Assembly (NCBI GenBank): GCA_963745025.1
Contig: CAVUWD010000013.1
Location: 384,001-448,000 of the forward strand
Direction: 5' to 3'
DNA: 64,000 nucleotides
DNA from: an uncultured delta proteobacterium
GTDB taxonomy: Bacteria; Desulfobacterota; Binatia; JACPRU01
Of this stretch, positions 61,779 through 64,000 are shown piece after piece. Numbering within the stretch: position 1 is the stretch's first letter; each line of letters opens with the position of its first letter. The notes beneath the pieces are model-generated. The model saw only the letters and a list, made by a program, of their open reading frames with translations. It ran no database searches and had not been told where the DNA came from. The position numbers and the translations under genes are program-made.

Positions 61779-62489
61779 ATGAAGGAGAATCGTCCCGTCG
61801 CGTTGGTCACCGGCGTCGGCCCCGGCACCGGAGCAGCGATCGCCCGCCGTTTCGCCCGCGGCGGCTACTCGGTCGCGATGCTTGCCCGGAGCCGGGACAG
61901 ACTGGACGCGTTGGAGCGCGAGATCGACCACTCGCGCGGCTATGTCTGCGACGTGACCGACGAAGCGCAACTCGACGCCACGATCGAACAAGTCCGCGCG
62001 GATCTCGGGGCGCCGAAGGTCCTCGTCCACAACGCCGTGGGCGGCGCTTTCGCCACGTTCCTCGAGGTGGACCCCGCGGTGCTGAATCAGAACTTCCAGG
62101 TCAACACGATGGCGCTTCTGTATCTGGCCCGGCGACTAGCGCCGGCGATGACCGAAGCGGGGGAAGGAGCCATCATCGTGACGGGGAACACGTCGGCGCT
62201 TCGCGGAAAGCCGAAGTTCGCAGGCTTTGCGCCGACCAAGGCGGCGCAACGGATCCTCGCCGAAGCGATCGCTCGCGAGGTCGGCCCGAAGGGCGTGCAC
62301 GTCGCCTACGTGGTGATCGACGCCGTCATCGATCTCGAATGGACCCGGGCGATGTTTTCGAAGCCCGCGGGAGACCCGTTCTTCATCCAGCCGGCGGCGA
62401 TCGCCGAGGAAGTGTGGCACGTCGCCCAGCAGGACCGGTCCGCGTGGTCGTTCAACGTCGAGGTCCGGCCGTTCGCGGAGCCGTGGTGA
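61779..62489 (+). CDS. SDR oxidoreductase
   Basis: TGVGPGTG, GVHVAYVVIDA, WSFNVEVRPF.E.W. Confidence 0.9.
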   Translation: MKENRPVALVTGVGPGTGAAIARRFARGGYSVAMLARSRDRLDALEREIDHSRGYVCDVTDEAQLDATIEQVRADLGAPKVLVHNAVGGAFATFLEVDPAVLNQNFQVNTMALLYLARRLAPAMTEAGEGAIIVTGNTSALRGKPKFAGFAPTKAAQRILAEAIAREVGPKGVHVAYVVIDAVIDLEWTRAMFSKPAGDPFFIQPAAIAEEVWHVAQQDRSAWSFNVEVRPFAEPW

Positions 62490-62496
62490 GAACGCC

Positions 62497-63300
62497 ATGA
62501 CCGAGCTTCGTATCTTCTCGTACCTGCCGAACCCCCGGATCTGGAAGGCGACGATCGCCGCTCGCCTCTGCGGGGTCGAGATCGAAGTGCGCGGAGCGCC
62601 GCCGACGGAGCTCCAATCCTGGCTCTGGGATTTCGACGCGCGGCCGCTCTCGCCCGCCGACGAGTCCACGCCCGCGGGCGAGCAGATCGGGCGGACCGGC
62701 TTCAAGGGAGTGAAGCTGCGGAAGACGGCCGCCTTCCTCGAGGCCCATCCGTTCGGCACCGTTCCGGCCGCGTTCAGCCCGGACGGGACCGTCGGCATCT
62801 TCGAGTCGAACAGCATCATGCGCGCGGTCGCCCGGCTCGGCGAGGGGCGTTTCCCAATCTACGGCAACGGCGCCTACGAGGCGTCGCGTGTGGACAGCTT
62901 CCTGGATGCGAGTCTGGTGTTCGCTCGCGATGCGCAAACGTACTTGCTGTCGCTGCTCGATGGCTCCGTATCCGCCGAGATCCACTCCCGGGCCAAGGAG
63001 GCGCTCGCGACCTATCTCGGCGGCATCAGTCGAGCCCTGCTTCCGGAGCGCCGCTTCCTGGTCGGCGAGGGGGTGACCCTGGCCGACATCTGCTTCGTCG
63101 CCGAGCTGGCGCTCTTCTCGAACGAGCGGGCGCGTAGGGAACCGCTCGAGCTAGCAGGCCTCTCGCCGGTTCTCGACGGCCTGAGGAACGACGCCGCATA
63201 CGCGCAGGCCTTCGCGCATTTCGATCGTCTACGGCGGCATCCCGCATTCGCTCGCGACGTCGAGCCTTACCTGGAGAAGATCGACCGAGCAGCGTCGTGA
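62497..63300 (+). CDS. Glutathione S-transferase (EF1B-gamma-like)
   Basis: PFGTVPA, FESNSIMR, FLVGE..TLADI. Confidence 0.85.
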   Translation: MTELRIFSYLPNPRIWKATIAARLCGVEIEVRGAPPTELQSWLWDFDARPLSPADESTPAGEQIGRTGFKGVKLRKTAAFLEAHPFGTVPAAFSPDGTVGIFESNSIMRAVARLGEGRFPIYGNGAYEASRVDSFLDASLVFARDAQTYLLSLLDGSVSAEIHSRAKEALATYLGGISRALLPERRFLVGEGVTLADICFVAELALFSNERARREPLELAGLSPVLDGLRNDAAYAQAFAHFDRLRRHPAFARDVEPYLEKIDRAAS

Positions 63301-63333
63301 GCGCCCACTGAGCACGAACGGAGGAAACGAGCC

Positions 63334-64000
63334 ATGCCCGAGCCGACCTGGAACCAGACCTTCTGCATCCTCTGTTACGTGAACTGCGGCCTCGAGGTCC
63401 AAACGGAGGGGCGAAAGATCACGCGCGTGCGCGGCGATCGCGCGAACGAGCGGTCGCAAGGATACCTCTGCCAGAAGCCGCAGCGTCTGCAGTGGTACGG
63501 TGACCACGCCGATCGTCTGACGACGCCGCTTCGCCGCCGCTCCGACGGCACGCACGAGCCGATCTCGTGGGACACGGCATTCGCCGAGATCGCCGCTCGC
63601 CTGAAGGCGATCCACGCCGAGCACGGCGGCGAGGCGTTCGCATTCTGGGGCGGCGGCGGTCAGGGCAACCACCTCGGCGGCCCTTATTTCCTGGCGCTCT
63701 ACGGCCTGCTCGGCGCGACGAAGTACTTCAACGCGCTCTCGCAGGAAAAAACCGGCGACTTCTGGGTGAACGGGCGGCTCTTCGGTGACCAGCTCTGCCA
63801 CACGGCGGAGGACGTCGAGCACACCGACTTGCTCGTCGTGCTCGGGTGCAATCCCTGGCTGTCGAACGGCTTCCAGGGGGCACGGGACGAGGTGAACAAG
63901 ATCAAGAAGACGCCCGGCCGCCGCATGATCGTGATCGACCCGCGGCGCACGGAGGTCGCGGACATCGCCGACCTCCACCTGCCGCTTCGCCCCGGCACGG
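63334..64000 (+). CDS. Second molybdopterin oxidoreductase (partial, runs off the window)
   Basis: CILCYVNCG...SQGYLCQK, ISWDTAFAEIA, IDPRRTE, LRPGT. Confidence 0.9.
   Translation, partial: MPEPTWNQTFCILCYVNCGLEVQTEGRKITRVRGDRANERSQGYLCQKPQRLQWYGDHADRLTTPLRRRSDGTHEPISWDTAFAEIAARLKAIHAEHGGEAFAFWGGGGQGNHLGGPYFLALYGLLGATKYFNALSQEKTGDFWVNGRLFGDQLCHTAEDVEHTDLLVVLGCNPWLSNGFQGARDEVNKIKKTPGRRMIVIDPRRTEVADIADLHLPLRPGT

Overview
High-GC bacterial chromosome segment. Gene content resembles Deltaproteobacteria/Candidatus Binatia, which is an inference. Positions 1-41 kb are core genome: mfd-surA-pdxA-uvrA, iscS-iscA, 2-oxoacid:ferredoxin oxidoreductase alpha/beta, pepA, ferredoxin, csp, ppiD, tatBC, a four-gene lipid-modification operon, rarA, nadK-recN, vapBC and hrpB. 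Nine copies of a heptamer-armed palindromic repeat are scattered through this part. A tRNA-Ala(GGC) at 41028-41100 is an integration hotspot carrying two tandem elements. The first is a 5.4-kb integrase-less defence/TA islet (BREX-2 pglX remnant, DUF433/PIN, SWIM-SNF2, zeta-like ATPase pair) that ends at a duplicated tRNA 3' end. The second is a mosaic catabolic/detoxification island running off the window, with a phage terminase-small-subunit relic, GSTs, SDRs, MDRs, two molybdopterin enzymes and five copies of a TetR-type promoter/operator. The top finding is the linalool dehydratase/isomerase-like gene in the second island (47573-49088). It has in-frame TGA codons at both positions aligning with the two catalytic cysteines, and the second TGA is followed at E. 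coli fdhF spacing by a GGUCU-loop SECIS hairpin. This makes it a candidate double-selenocysteine hydratase/isomerase. Several single-base frameshifts, including in core genes, suggest some indels are sequencing errors. All family assignments are from motif recognition by eye, without database searches.
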